From the IMG/VR virus record IMGVR_UViG_3300038393_002953: DNA of 64,000 bases. The stretch is one strand, 5' to 3'. Both the position numbers and the translations under genes were made by a program. Shown here piece after piece: positions 39,601 to 47,994 of this stretch; position 1 is the first letter of the stretch, and every line of letters starts with the position of its first letter. Under the pieces are notes generated by a model, which saw nothing but the letters and a program-made list of their open reading frames with translations, did no database searches and was not told where the DNA came from. Source of the stretch: an uncultured virus (IMG/VR IMGVR_UViG_3300038393_002953) (Duplodnaviria > Heunggongvirae > Uroviricota > Caudoviricetes).

Positions 39601-39851
39601 AGTGCCGCATCGGCTTCATCATGGGCATGAACGAGGAGATCTTCCCGGGCAACGTCACCTCCCTGGCCGATCTGGAGGAGGAGCGCCGCCTGGCCTACGT
39701 CGGCATCACCCGCCCCAAGGAGATCCTGATTATGTACGCGCCGCTCATGCAAACCGGTACGGCTGGTCGCAAGCCTGGAGAGCTGACGCCTTCGCGCTTC
39801 CTGGACGAGATCGATCCGGACCTCCTGATTGTCAAGGGCACGGTCTCTTGA
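36630..39851 (+). CDS. uvrD: UvrD/PcrA-like SF1 helicase containing an intein
   Basis: AGAGSGKT, TFTKKAA, DEYQD, GDDKQ|SIYAFR, NYRS, STIHGVKGLE, EERRLAYVGITR. Confidence 0.95.
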   Translation: MSEKSLSVFLRRPAPEAAPAPAPEPPAASWEAPPPALVLPSLAPPTLPGGETPVVSITPIAPLSQGAPLPPPAPTAQAFYVPAGLSPAQYLARLDDEQRALAMAIDGPVRGIAGAGSGKTSTFVRRILHMVVQGIPPHQILATTFTKKAANEMTSRLRALFKDFGLPWAEGFAIGTMHSLASRICREYGRYIDLDTSYTIIDQDDAETMINRLIKSVIGKDTKVSDRDLLDAISYARNARVRLRDALEMKMSTFGSLFGAFERIADQYVEDKRNINVMDFDDLLEKWLELLEFSPEAKAAMQGRWRYVMMDEYQDTNTLQNEILRHLCENHRNIFVVGDDKQCLPGDTLIRTPEGDRPISQIREGDLVLCAAGHGRSAFGRVDKVFSRPVSESLYQIRLASGRTVRATGNHVGFARLPIKPGRHYVYLIHRDDLGYRIGKTASMAQTSSEGRCKDASGLKVRANQERADAAWVLGVYDSEQEAQRMEQILSLRYGVPQTMFVARGKLDEGDIQAIFAEGAQRWRVEDLMADFGLDPRFPHYFPQNCARGRFSRQQVKFAMFSGSRNMHRVSLETRDADVHDLVTTHAWRESKAGKKIEKNRASYDEALCVAEVLANEGGLEIRKSALMVDGDRAFPFLPVSSFRVGMEVPSYDGEAVVTDTIVEIVRLEAEPQTVWDLSVPEYRNFVADGVVVHNSIYAFRAANVENILTFEQRWPGCQTFYISSNYRSTPQIVAVGNSLIAKNSRQLPYVAQTPNANGMKPMVIRSENDGEQDRDIVEKITFYHEEHNVPYDEMMVLMRQNRQSIMLERDLVRAGIPYYKRGPQFWRSQHMKMVLAWVKLLQNPMEKLALARVVALYPGLGKKAIDDASKAIEKPEDFDRFMRGEIALGKAAGWLKCQEDLREIVEAYRSGAPRCLQESLGRLRAVAEPFILDMEKADSRLADVDTMLALAEGFEKVEDLLEEIALQDESSGSKENRVLLSTIHGVKGLECRIGFIMGMNEEIFPGNVTSLADLEEERRLAYVGITRPKEILIMYAPLMQTGTAGRKPGELTPSRFLDEIDPDLLIVKGTVS
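37656..38714 (+). mobile_element. Intein (353 aa) in UvrD motif III
   Basis: CLPGDT...TGNH...VVHN|S; removal restores GDDKQSIYAFR. Confidence 0.95.
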
Positions 39852-39876
39852 CAATTCGTAACTCGATCGCTATAGT
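39848..39876 (+). promoter_or_regulatory. Sigma70-type promoter
   Basis: TTGACA-17-TATAGT. Confidence 0.8.
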
Positions 39877-39903
39877 GGGGGCGTTGAAGGAAGGAGCCCC
39901 CGC

Positions 39904-40719
39904 ATGAAGACCCTCGCCCACGAGCCGCAGACGCTGGCCCATCCCGCGCCGTCCTCCGAGGACGCGCAACTGAAGTCCCTGATGCACCAGCGCCTGGAGC
40001 GCGCGAAGCACGACGTACTGGAGAAGCGCGACCGCCTGTTGCGCGCCCGGGGCGATCAGCGTGCCGCCGAGCTACGCGCGCAACGGGAGCGTGAGATCGA
40101 GGCCGCCCGCCAGGCGACCGCCGAGGAAGAGCGGGCCATCCAGGCCCGCATCGACTCCTACCAGGCGCTGATGGACGATCTGCGCCGGACCCGCGAGGAG
40201 ACCATCGCGAAGATCAATGCTCGCTTCGATGCCGAGGCCCCGGCGCCGGTCGAGGCGATGAGCGAGGCCGAGGCCCGCGCGGCGCGCTCCTCCCTCTCGG
40301 CCTCGCTCCAGCAGTACCACCGCGCGGCGCAGGTCCTCATGCTGGAGGACCCGGCGTTCGAGCCCGAGAAGCTGGACATCGACCCCGAGCTGCTGGTCGA
40401 ACCCACGCTCGCGCCAGCCCCGCAGAAGACCGAGGCGCACGTCGCGCATGCGGCAAAACCCGCTCCCGTGGTCACGGGCGCCCGGGCGCGTCGCAAGAAG
40501 GCCTCCGTGCCCGAGGCGGTCCGTCACGTCATGCTCACGCACGGCGCGGGCGGCATCAGCATCGGCCAGATCTTCGAGATGGTCAAGAAGGGCGGGGTCA
40601 AGGCTAACCTCAAGGACGTGACCCAGGCCGTCGATCGGATGGTGCAGCAGAAGGTCCTGGGGTATAATAACGACAGCAACCTGTACACGCTCCTGCTGGA
40701 GGCCACCCGCAAGGTCTGA
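39904..40719 (+). CDS. Coiled-coil protein with C-terminal winged-helix-like domain
   Basis: Heptad-rich N-terminus; ISIGQIFEMV...VTQAVDRMVQQKVL. Confidence 0.55.
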   Translation: MKTLAHEPQTLAHPAPSSEDAQLKSLMHQRLERAKHDVLEKRDRLLRARGDQRAAELRAQREREIEAARQATAEEERAIQARIDSYQALMDDLRRTREETIAKINARFDAEAPAPVEAMSEAEARAARSSLSASLQQYHRAAQVLMLEDPAFEPEKLDIDPELLVEPTLAPAPQKTEAHVAHAAKPAPVVTGARARRKKASVPEAVRHVMLTHGAGGISIGQIFEMVKKGGVKANLKDVTQAVDRMVQQKVLGYNNDSNLYTLLLEATRKV

Positions 40720-41279
40720 TGTCCGACGTCGCGCTGCCGATTCTCTCCCTGGAAGAGATCACCAAGATGCGAGAGGCTGCCGCGTTGGCGGCAGCCGACC
40801 ACCCCTACCGGCCCCTCCTTCTGGAGATGGCGCTGGTGGGGCTTTCGCGCTATGCGATCGCCTCGCTGACCATGGCGTCCTTCAAGCGCGACGTCCCTGG
40901 CAAGCTGGGCGGCAAGCCCACCGTCTTCAAGTACGCGGTGGTCTGGAGCCCCGGCCACAACCGGACCAAGACCACGCGGCTCTCCGAGGCGCAGTGGGCG
41001 CTCGCGATGTCCTACCTGCGCTGGCGACAGCGCGACGTGTACATCAAGGGCCCCAACCTCTTCGTCTGCAAGGGCAAGGGCGATCGGGCCTACTGGCAGG
41101 CGATGAAGCACGAGCGCGTGCGCTCGGAGGTGCGATCGATCGCGCGCGACGCCTACGTCGGCGAGAAGGTCGAGGTGCCGGATCTGCACCGTGCCATGCG
41201 CAACCACTTGCGGCTCAACGGCATCCCGGAAAACGTAATTTTTGACATCTACGGTGACGAGCGCACCGTAGGCAAGTGA
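40719..41279 (+). CDS. Degenerate tyrosine-recombinase-fold protein
   Basis: ILSLEEI..., GLSRYAIASL, DLHRAMRNHL..NG....IFDIYG echo integrase boxes I and II. Confidence 0.55.
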   Translation: MSDVALPILSLEEITKMREAAALAAADHPYRPLLLEMALVGLSRYAIASLTMASFKRDVPGKLGGKPTVFKYAVVWSPGHNRTKTTRLSEAQWALAMSYLRWRQRDVYIKGPNLFVCKGKGDRAYWQAMKHERVRSEVRSIARDAYVGEKVEVPDLHRAMRNHLRLNGIPENVIFDIYGDERTVGK

Positions 41280-41291
41280 AGGAGACCTCTC

Positions 41292-41729
41292 ATGGAAAAC
41301 CAGGCCGAACTGCCCCCGGTTCCCGAGTTCGCGGACGCCTCGAAGGTCTACACCGAGACCTCGCAGATCGGCGATCTGATCGTCGCGACCTCCATGCGTC
41401 GCAAGGCGCTCGGCATCGACGGCGCGAGCTTCTGGCTCGCCACGGTGCTGCTGGAGAGCGGCGGCGAGAGCGCCCCCTTCGTGCCCGTCGCGAACATCCC
41501 CCACATCAACATGCTCGCGGCGCACGCCTTCCACGGCAAGCTCGTCGCGGCGCTCCAGAAGCTGGAGGAGCAGATCGAGCAGAAGGCCAAGGCGCCCCTG
41601 CTGAACGAGATCAAGCAATTGAAGGCGGGCGAGGAGTCTCTCCAGTTCGAGGTCAAGCGCCTGAAGGGGCTGCTCGAACAGGCCCAGGTCAAGAAGCCCA
41701 AGCCCGCGCCCAAGCGCTCCAGAAAATAA
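41292..41729 (+). CDS. Hypothetical coiled-coil protein
   Basis: 145-aa ORF, AAGGAG RBS. Confidence 0.7.
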   Translation: MENQAELPPVPEFADASKVYTETSQIGDLIVATSMRRKALGIDGASFWLATVLLESGGESAPFVPVANIPHINMLAAHAFHGKLVAALQKLEEQIEQKAKAPLLNEIKQLKAGEESLQFEVKRLKGLLEQAQVKKPKPAPKRSRK

Positions 41730-41741
41730 CGTTTGCTCCTG

Positions 41742-41770
41742 TTGACATTCCTGGAAGTCTGGGTTATAAC
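41742..41770 (+). promoter_or_regulatory. Sigma70-type promoter
   Basis: TTGACA-17-TATAAC. Confidence 0.8.
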
Positions 41771-41797
41771 TGAACCAACGGTACACCCCAACCGTCA

Positions 41798-41856
41798 GGC
41801 ATACGACCTCGAAGGCATACGACACCTGCGGTAGGAAAGACGACTCGGCATACGAC
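41798..41856 (+). repeat. Three GGCATACGAC direct repeats in the 5' leader
   Basis: Copies at 41798, 41814, 41847. Confidence 0.85.
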
Positions 41857-41875
41857 CGAAAGAGAGGTATCTCCC

Positions 41876-43270
41876 ATGGGAATGGAACATTTCTCCGCCC
41901 GGCACAACGGCGAGAACGGCGGAGGGCAGGCGGATACGCCTCGCCAGGGCCTGAAGGGCACGCTGCACGTCTGGATCCAGAGCTTCAAGTTCAAGACCAG
42001 CCAGCGCGGCAAGCCCTACGCGGACGGGCGGCTGGTGATCTGCCAGAAGCAGCCCGACGGCACGGTCGCCTGGAGCAAGAACCACACGTTCTTCCAGGTC
42101 TACCCGACCGACTCGAAGCTGGACTTCCACGAGCAGTTCGCCAGGGCCTTCCCCCAGGCCTACCAGGCCCAGGAGGGCCAGCAGGTCCCCGGCTGCGAGG
42201 CGTTCCTCTGGTGCGAGCCCCGGGGCCGCATGCCCGAGGAAGGCACGGGCGAGGAGAAGGCCAAGGCCTACTCCGCGTCTCTCAAGATCCTCGGCTGGAA
42301 GTCCCGCGAGGAGCTGAACGACCGCGAGAAGGAGGCCATGGGCAAGGGCGAGATGAACCTCTCGGGCATCTGCCTGTTCGTGGACGACAAGGAGATCACG
42401 GGCTACCGTGGCGCCAAGGTCGTCGATGGCAAGCCCAAGGACGCCTTCGCGCAGACCATCGTGCGCGCGATCAACGCCTTCGTCTCGGGCCGCGACCAGA
42501 GCCTCCAGGCCTCGGTGGATCACTACATCCTCAAGGCCTTCGGCCCCGCCGCCGATGCGGTCTTCTCGGTCCTCGGCAAGCCCGAGGTCACCGACACCAC
42601 GCCGCTCTACGTCCGTGCGAACATGGATGGCAGCCGGATCAACATCGTCGGCGTCGAGATCGCGAAGAACCAGAACGTGCCCCGCACCGTCGAGGAAGCC
42701 AAGCTCCGGGAGGCGCAGAAGCAGATGCCGCAGCCGATGGCCGCGCCCACGCTCGGCGCGTTCACGCAGCCGCAGTCGCCCTTCGGTCAGCCCCAGCAGC
42801 CCGGCTACCCGCAGCCTGCCCCGCAGGGCTACCCCGCGCCGCAGCAGCCGGGTTACCCGGGTCAGGCCCCTCAGCCCGGCTACGGCCAGCCCGTGCCCCA
42901 GGCCCCGCAGGGTTACCCCGCGCCGCAGCCCGGATACCCGGCGCCCCAGCCGCAGCCCGGCTACCCGCCGCAGCAGGGTTATCCCCAGGCCGCGCCCCAG
43001 CCCGGCTACCCCGCGCAGGCCCCCGCGCCGCAGGGCTACCCCGCGCCGCAGCCCGGTTACCCGCCGCAGGCCGCGCCCGCCCCCCAGCAGCCCGGTTACC
43101 CGCCGCAGGCGGCTCCCCAGGCCCCGCAGGGCTACCCGGCTCCGGCGCCTCAGGCGCCCCAGGGTTACCCCGCGCAGTCGCAGGGATACGGACAGCCCGC
43201 CCCGGCGCCCCAGCCCGGTTACCCGCCGCAGGGCCAGCCCGGTCCCGGCTACCCGCCGACCCAGCAGTAG
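41876..43270 (+). CDS. Putative SSB/OB-fold protein with long PQGY-repeat tail
   Basis: [15 protein letters not shown] is OB-like; about 170-aa tail of (P/Q)GYP repeats; upstream of an annealase. Confidence 0.55.
   Translation: MGMEHFSARHNGENGGGQADTPRQGLKGTLHVWIQSFKFKTSQRGKPYADGRLVICQKQPDGTVAWSKNHTFFQVYPTDSKLDFHEQFARAFPQAYQAQEGQQVPGCEAFLWCEPRGRMPEEGTGEEKAKAYSASLKILGWKSREELNDREKEAMGKGEMNLSGICLFVDDKEITGYRGAKVVDGKPKDAFAQTIVRAINAFVSGRDQSLQASVDHYILKAFGPAADAVFSVLGKPEVTDTTPLYVRANMDGSRINIVGVEIAKNQNVPRTVEEAKLREAQKQMPQPMAAPTLGAFTQPQSPFGQPQQPGYPQPAPQGYPAPQQPGYPGQAPQPGYGQPVPQAPQGYPAPQPGYPAPQPQPGYPPQQGYPQAAPQPGYPAQAPAPQGYPAPQPGYPPQAAPAPQQPGYPPQAAPQAPQGYPAPAPQAPQGYPAQSQGYGQPAPAPQPGYPPQGQPGPGYPPTQQ
42780..43267 (+). 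repeat. Degenerate coding tandem repeats ([10 protein letters not shown])
   Basis: Recurrent CAGCCCGG(C/T)TACCC and CAGGG(C/T)TACCC units. Confidence 0.9.
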
Positions 43271-43299
43271 AACCCCCTTAAGCAAGAGGAAAAACCGAC

Positions 43300-44709
43300 A
43301 TGGCGAAAAGCGACAAGGTGGGCGGCGGTTCCCTGGAACTGTCCGCCCAGGCCAAGGCCCGACAGGCGGCGCTCTCCGCTCCGTTCTCGTCGGAGCAGGT
43401 GAAGAAGAAGGGCGCCGAGCCCTACGTGCCCATCGAGTATGTGATGGCTCGGCTGCACGCGGTCTTCGGCCCGCGCATCTCAGTGACCGTCCCCGGCTCG
43501 GAGAACGGCGTGGCCCAGTACATGGTGCAGCGCCTGCACGAGGGTAAGCAGCACCCGACCGGTTTCCAGTACCTCACGGAGATCGTGCTGCCCGTGCGCG
43601 TCGTGATCTACGACGAGGAGCAGGAGCGCGAGATCGTGCTGGAGGGCTTCGGATCGAAGATCTACAACGCCTTCAAGAAGGATATCGGCGAGGCCTTCCG
43701 CTCCGCCAAGTCCACGGGTATCAAGAACGCCGTCAAGGCGCTCGGCATCCCGCTCGACGGCGGCTCCGAGGAGAACGAGGACGACGGCGCCGTGGACGGC
43801 TTCGCGCCGCCGCCGCCGATCACGGGCGCGATCACCCCGCCGCCGCCGGTCACCACCGCGCAGCCCCTCACGGCCCAGGCTCAGGCTCAGGTCGCCCAGG
43901 TGCCGCCCGCTCCGCCGACCGGCCAGGAGGCAGTCGCCCAGGTTCCGCCCATCGCCCAGGCCCCGCTGCCTCCCGCGCCCGACGCGGCCCCCGGCTTCGC
44001 GCCCGCGCCCGTGGCGCCTCCGATGACGCCGCCTCCCGTTCCGCAGGCCCCTCAGCCGCCCCAGGCGGCCCAGGTCCCGCCCGCGCCGATGGCGCCTCCC
44101 CAGGCCCCTCTGATGCCTCCTCCGGCGCCGCAGGCCCCGCCCCAGCAGCCGGTCCTGCCTCCGCCGCCTGCCGCGCAGTGGGAGCAGCCCGTGCCGCCGC
44201 AGGCGCCTCCTGCCCAGGCGCCCGTCCCCCAGGCCCCTCAGCAGCCGACCATGGTCTCGAACGAGTACCAGGCGCCGCCCCAGCAACCCGTCTACCCGCA
44301 GGCGATCCAGCAGCCGATGGCTCCGCCCGTCCCTCAGGCCCCTCAGGTGATGGCGCCTCCCCCGGCCCCGCCTCAGGCGCCTCAGGTTCCCCCGTCGATG
44401 CCGCCTCAGCATCCGGTCGCGCCCCCGCCCGCGCCGCCTCAGGCCCCTCAGGTCCCGGCTCCTCAGGCGCCGCAGGCTCAGCCGCAGTATCCGCAGCCGA
44501 TCATCCATGCTCATCAGCCGGGCGATCCGATCAACTACTGCACGCAGTGCCAGCACCTGATCACGGGCGTGACCGACCCCGAAGGCCACTACTGGCCCGC
44601 GCAGGAGGTCTTCGATACGACCTCCAATCCGAACAAGGGTTATGGCCGGGCGCTCTGCATCCCCTGCTACACGTCGCTCGCCACGTCGCAGGCCCAGGCG
44701 CCGCAGTAG
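43300..44709 (+). CDS. Rad52/Sak-like single-strand annealing protein with Pro/Gln linker and C-terminal Zn finger
   Basis: LSAPF...YVPIEYVMARLHAVFGP...AFRSAKSTGIKNAVKALGI; CTQC...CIPC. Confidence 0.75.
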   Translation: MAKSDKVGGGSLELSAQAKARQAALSAPFSSEQVKKKGAEPYVPIEYVMARLHAVFGPRISVTVPGSENGVAQYMVQRLHEGKQHPTGFQYLTEIVLPVRVVIYDEEQEREIVLEGFGSKIYNAFKKDIGEAFRSAKSTGIKNAVKALGIPLDGGSEENEDDGAVDGFAPPPPITGAITPPPPVTTAQPLTAQAQAQVAQVPPAPPTGQEAVAQVPPIAQAPLPPAPDAAPGFAPAPVAPPMTPPPVPQAPQPPQAAQVPPAPMAPPQAPLMPPPAPQAPPQQPVLPPPPAAQWEQPVPPQAPPAQAPVPQAPQQPTMVSNEYQAPPQQPVYPQAIQQPMAPPVPQAPQVMAPPPAPPQAPQVPPSMPPQHPVAPPPAPPQAPQVPAPQAPQAQPQYPQPIIHAHQPGDPINYCTQCQHLITGVTDPEGHYWPAQEVFDTTSNPNKGYGRALCIPCYTSLATSQAQAPQ

Positions 44710-44727
44710 GCCCGATCCTCATCCGCA

Positions 44728-44759
44728 GGGGGCGGGGGAAATCCCCCCGCCCCCCTTTC
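44728..44759 (+). terminator. Intrinsic terminator
   Basis: GGGGGCGGGGG/CCCCCGCCCCC stem followed by TTT. Confidence 0.75.
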
Positions 44760-44773
44760 CCAAGGAAAGACCT

Positions 44774-45406
44774 ATGCTCCACACCATCACGAACGCTCAC
44801 CGGATGTCGCTGCCCGAGATCGGCGTGGATCTCGACGGCGTGGTTGCGGACTTCAACGAGGCGTTCCTCGCGAAGGTCAACGCGATCCACGGCACGGACT
44901 GGAAGCACCACCACGTCACGGATTACGGCTACGGCCCGCTCGGCCTGGGCAGGGAAGCGGTCTACCGCTACTTCGACGAGATGATCGCCGACGGGTGCTA
45001 CGCCACGCTCTCCGCGCTGCCCCAGCACGATCTGGTCAATATGCTGCCCGGCAACGTGCGGCTGGTGACCAGCCGTCTGGCCTCGACTCAGGACCAGACT
45101 CTGGAGTGGCTCGCCGCGCACGGCATCTTCCGCTGGGAGTCCTTGACCTTCGTGGTCGGGCCCAAGTCCCAGCTCGGCGGGTTCGACTACTTCATCGAGG
45201 ACTGCCTCGCCAACGTGATCGACCTCTCGCCGGTCGTGCGCGAGCGGATTTTCCTGATCGACCACCCCTACAACCAGTGCGACGATCTGCCCGAGAACGT
45301 CACGCGCGTCAAGGACTGGACGGAGATCCTAGCCCTGATGGGGCGCGACTTCCAGCGCCAGAAGGCTTTGACCGCCGCTGACAACTCTGGTATCATGGAG
45401 GAATAG
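44774..45406 (+). CDS. HAD-family 5'(3')-deoxyribonucleotidase
   Basis: IGVDLDGVVADF, VTSR, TLEWL, FIED, PYN. Confidence 0.85.
   Translation: MLHTITNAHRMSLPEIGVDLDGVVADFNEAFLAKVNAIHGTDWKHHHVTDYGYGPLGLGREAVYRYFDEMIADGCYATLSALPQHDLVNMLPGNVRLVTSRLASTQDQTLEWLAAHGIFRWESLTFVVGPKSQLGGFDYFIEDCLANVIDLSPVVRERIFLIDHPYNQCDDLPENVTRVKDWTEILALMGRDFQRQKALTAADNSGIMEE
45368..45396 (+). promoter_or_regulatory. Sigma70-type promoter for recA
   Basis: TTGACC-17-TATCAT with extended TG. Confidence 0.7.
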
Positions 45407-45432
45407 CCCTCCACCCCGAAGAGGTAACTCAG

Positions 45433-47769
45433 ATGTCCACTCTCAAGCCGCTCAACCAGAAGGACAAGAAGGCCGCGATCACCAATGCGCTGGCCCAGAT
45501 CAACAAGCAGCATGGCGAAGGCACCGCCATGATGATGGGCGCCAACAAGCACATGCAAGTCGAGGCGCTCTCGTCGGGCATCCTCTCGATCGATCTGGCG
45601 ACCGGCGTGGGCGGCGTGCCCAGGGGCCGCGTGGTCGAGATATACGGCCCTGAGTCCGGCGGCAAGTGTCTGGTCGCTGATACCTTGATCGCGACGCCCG
45701 GCGGCCTCAAGACGATTGCCGAAGTCTTCGAAGAGAACGGCCTTCCTGCTTCTTGCGTCTCTCGCACTACCGAGAAGCGCGTTCCGCTGATCAACCGGTA
45801 TGGCGAGGTGGAGTACACGACGCATTTCACCCACAACAACCGTCGCAAGGTCGCCAGGATCACCACCTTCACTGGCGCGCAAACCACTTCGACTCTCAAC
45901 CATCCTCACCTCGTTTTGAGCGTGCGCGGAAACCTGGTCTGGCGCAAGACCTCGGATCTCCGCGTGGGCGACATACTCGTGGCGCCTCGTAGCCTGCCTT
46001 TCGGTGAGGCACGCCGTGACGCAGATGAGATGTACATGCTCGGCCTGCTCGTCGCGGACGGCACGCTGGGCGAAAACCGCGTCCAGGTCACGAACGACGA
46101 CCCGGTGGTCAAGAGCTTCGTCGAGGAGCGCATGCCCGCGCTCGTGGGCGCTGGCCCGAAGTCTTACGTCAACAACGAGCGCGGCAGCGTCAACTACCAC
46201 TTCAACGGCAAGGAGGCCGTCTCCGACCTGTACGCGCGCTACGGGCTCGATCCCGTCAAGGCCTCGGGTAAGGAAGTACCCAGGCTCGTCCGCGAGTCGG
46301 ACCGCGACGCGGTGCGGGAGTTCCTGCGCGGCTACATGGACTCCGAGTGCTCGATCGACCTGGAGAAGTGCGGGATCGAGGTCACCTCGGCCTCCGGCAA
46401 GCTGCTGCGTGGCGTCAAGCTGCTGCTCCAGCAGTTCGGCATCGTCTCGCTGCTCCGTCCCAAGGAGGTCAAGGGCTACGAGCAGAACGATTACTGGCGC
46501 CTGACCGTCACGGGCCGCGACGCGCGGCTGTACGCCGAACGGATCGGCGCGCGCTCCGAGATCCGGCGGGCGCAATTGATGGCGCTTCCCCAGCGGGAGC
46601 AGTTCCAGACGAACTACGACTCGATCCCCCACCTCGGCGGCATGCTGCGCGATCTCTACGACTCGTGCGAGACGACTCGCCATGAGTCGGATCTGCTCTG
46701 CGACTACATGGGCGACGAGCCGCGCGCGAGCCTGACCTACGATCGCCTCAAGCAGATCGTCGAGACGCCCGCGTTCCAGGATGCTCCGATCCTCGCTGCG
46801 CTCCGTCGCTTCGCCGAGGACGAGTACCTTTTCGACGCGGTGGTCTCGATCGAGGACGGGGGAGAGCAACCGACGTTCGACTTCGCCATGGAGCGCACGC
46901 ACTCGTTCGTCGCGAACGGCCTCGTGACCCACAACACCACCACCACGCTCCACTTCGTCGCGGAGTGCCAGCGGCGCGGCGGCCAGTGCGCCTTCGTGGA
47001 CGCGGAGCATGCGCTCGACCCGGCCTACGCGAAGGCGCTCGGCGTGGACGTGGACACCCTGATCGTCTCGCAGCCGGACTACGGCGAGCAGGCACTCGAC
47101 GTCGTGGAGTCCCTCGCGGCCTCCGGCGCGATCGACCTGATCATCGTGGACTCCGTGGCCGCGCTCACGCCCAAGGCCGAGATCGAGGGCGAGATGGGCG
47201 ACTCCCAGGTCGGCGCCCAGGCCCGCATGATGGGCAAGGCCATGCGCAAGCTGACCGCGACCGCCGGGCGCACGCGCTGCACGATCATCTTCATCAACCA
47301 GATCCGCGAGAAGGTCGGCGTCATGTTCGGCAACCCCGAGGTCACGACGGGTGGGCGCGCGCTGCGCTTCTTCTCGTCGATGCGCCTGGAGGTCCGCCGC
47401 GTCGAGACGATCAAGGTGGACGGCCAGGAGGTCGCCAACCGCGTCAAGGTCAAGCTCGCCAAGAACAAGGTCTCGCGCCCCTTCACGGTCGCCGAGGCCG
47501 AGCTGACCTTCGGGTTCGGCTTCTCGCGCGCCGCCTCGATCCTCGACACCGCCGAGGCCAACGGCCTGATCCAGAAGTCCGGCGCCTGGTACGCTTACAG
47601 CGGCCAGAAGATCGGGCAGGGCCGCGCCAAGGCGATCGAGTTCCTGAACGCCAACCCCGAGATCGCGGACAAGCTGGACAAGACCCTGCGCGAGAAGTTC
47701 TTCGCGGCGCCCACGACCCTCGACCCGACCGTCAGGGACGACGAGGAAGATCAGGAGCAGGAGGACTAG
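45433..47769 (+). CDS. recA: RecA recombinase containing an intein
   Basis: GRVVEIYGPESGGK|TT, DAEHALD, DSVAAL, FINQIREKVGVMFGNPE. Confidence 0.97.
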   Translation: MSTLKPLNQKDKKAAITNALAQINKQHGEGTAMMMGANKHMQVEALSSGILSIDLATGVGGVPRGRVVEIYGPESGGKCLVADTLIATPGGLKTIAEVFEENGLPASCVSRTTEKRVPLINRYGEVEYTTHFTHNNRRKVARITTFTGAQTTSTLNHPHLVLSVRGNLVWRKTSDLRVGDILVAPRSLPFGEARRDADEMYMLGLLVADGTLGENRVQVTNDDPVVKSFVEERMPALVGAGPKSYVNNERGSVNYHFNGKEAVSDLYARYGLDPVKASGKEVPRLVRESDRDAVREFLRGYMDSECSIDLEKCGIEVTSASGKLLRGVKLLLQQFGIVSLLRPKEVKGYEQNDYWRLTVTGRDARLYAERIGARSEIRRAQLMALPQREQFQTNYDSIPHLGGMLRDLYDSCETTRHESDLLCDYMGDEPRASLTYDRLKQIVETPAFQDAPILAALRRFAEDEYLFDAVVSIEDGGEQPTFDFAMERTHSFVANGLVTHNTTTTLHFVAECQRRGGQCAFVDAEHALDPAYAKALGVDVDTLIVSQPDYGEQALDVVESLAASGAIDLIIVDSVAALTPKAEIEGEMGDSQVGAQARMMGKAMRKLTATAGRTRCTIIFINQIREKVGVMFGNPEVTTGGRALRFFSSMRLEVRRVETIKVDGQEVANRVKVKLAKNKVSRPFTVAEAELTFGFGFSRAASILDTAEANGLIQKSGAWYAYSGQKIGQGRAKAIEFLNANPEIADKLDKTLREKFFAAPTTLDPTVRDDEEDQEQED
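45667..46935 (+). mobile_element. LAGLIDADG intein (423 aa) in the RecA Walker A motif
   Basis: CLVADT...TLNH...LGLLVADG...FLRGYMDSE...VTHN|T. Confidence 0.95.
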
Positions 47770-47772
47770 CCC

Positions 47773-47991
47773 GTGGACGCCCCCGAGCCCTTCCACCCGC
47801 ACACGCACTGCTGCCACTGCGGCCAGGACAACCGCCACGGCACGTCCGGCTACGCGGGCGAGCGCGTGTGCCCGCACTGCGGCCTCGGGGGCGAGGGGGA
47901 ATACACGCGCCCCGACGCGTTCGTCCACACCCCGGCGGCGGGTCGCTTCTACCACCCGTGGCGCCCGCTGCTCGCCGGAAACGAGGGCTAG
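47773..47991 (+). CDS. Small Zn-finger protein
   Basis: CCHC and CPHC; fills the gap between recA and the helicase. Confidence 0.65.
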   Translation: MDAPEPFHPHTHCCHCGQDNRHGTSGYAGERVCPHCGLGGEGEYTRPDAFVHTPAAGRFYHPWRPLLAGNEG

Positions 47992-47994
47992 CCG

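Noticed and set aside
41798..41856. GGCATACGAC repeats as a mini CRISPR array
   Set aside because: Repeats are only 10-17 bp with irregular short spacing, and no cas genes are in the window
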